DNA from: Octopus vulgaris
Taxonomy: Eukaryota
Reading direction: 5' to 3'
Assembly (NCBI GenBank): GCA_951406725.2
Contig: OX597820.1
Location: 80,724,001-80,788,000 of the forward strand
DNA length: 64,000 bases
Position 1 is the stretch's first letter. The number at the start of each line of letters is the position of its first letter. The notes under the pieces are model-generated. The model saw nothing but the letters and a program-made list of their open reading frames with translations, did not search any database and had not been told where the DNA came from. Made by a program: the position numbers and the translations under genes. This document shows positions 63,876 through 64,000 of this stretch, in pieces.

Positions 63876-64000
63876 ACGATCTGGCAGAAACGTTAGCACG
63901 CCGGATGAAATGCTTATCGGTCGACTTTGCCTTTCATTCTTTCGGGGTCGATAAATTAAGTACCAGTTGCGTACTGGGCTCGATCTAATCGACTGGCCAC

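Overview
This is AT-rich, microsatellite-dense eukaryotic DNA. The SINE families and repeat texture suggest an octopus genome (inference). One long + strand gene spans the window. It encodes a hillarin / kyphoscoliosis-peptidase (KY) / ltd-1-type transglutaminase-like protein, which I assembled by hand from 22 GT-AG exons with matching phases (ATG 4375 to at least 62885, about 1920 codons, probably continuing past the window). The layout is: a transglutaminase-like core lacking the catalytic Cys and His, KY-type Ig-like domains, an E/R/K-rich helix, a 40-nt microexon, and an array of 16 symmetric phase-1 exons (171, 174 or 348 nt) encoding 18 copies of a ~58-aa helical repeat. The repeats alternate between two subtypes and form a 3-exon super-repeat. 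Seven of the repeat exons have G|GTTAG donors that read Gly-stop if unspliced. The introns hold mariner/Tc1, Gypsy, RTE, CR1-like, RLE-type LINE, Penelope-like, Helitron, hAT and MITE relics plus tRNA-derived SINEs. They also carry several hammerhead-ribozyme-like motifs, often inside long palindromes. TE boundaries are approximate unless TIRs or TSDs are quoted.
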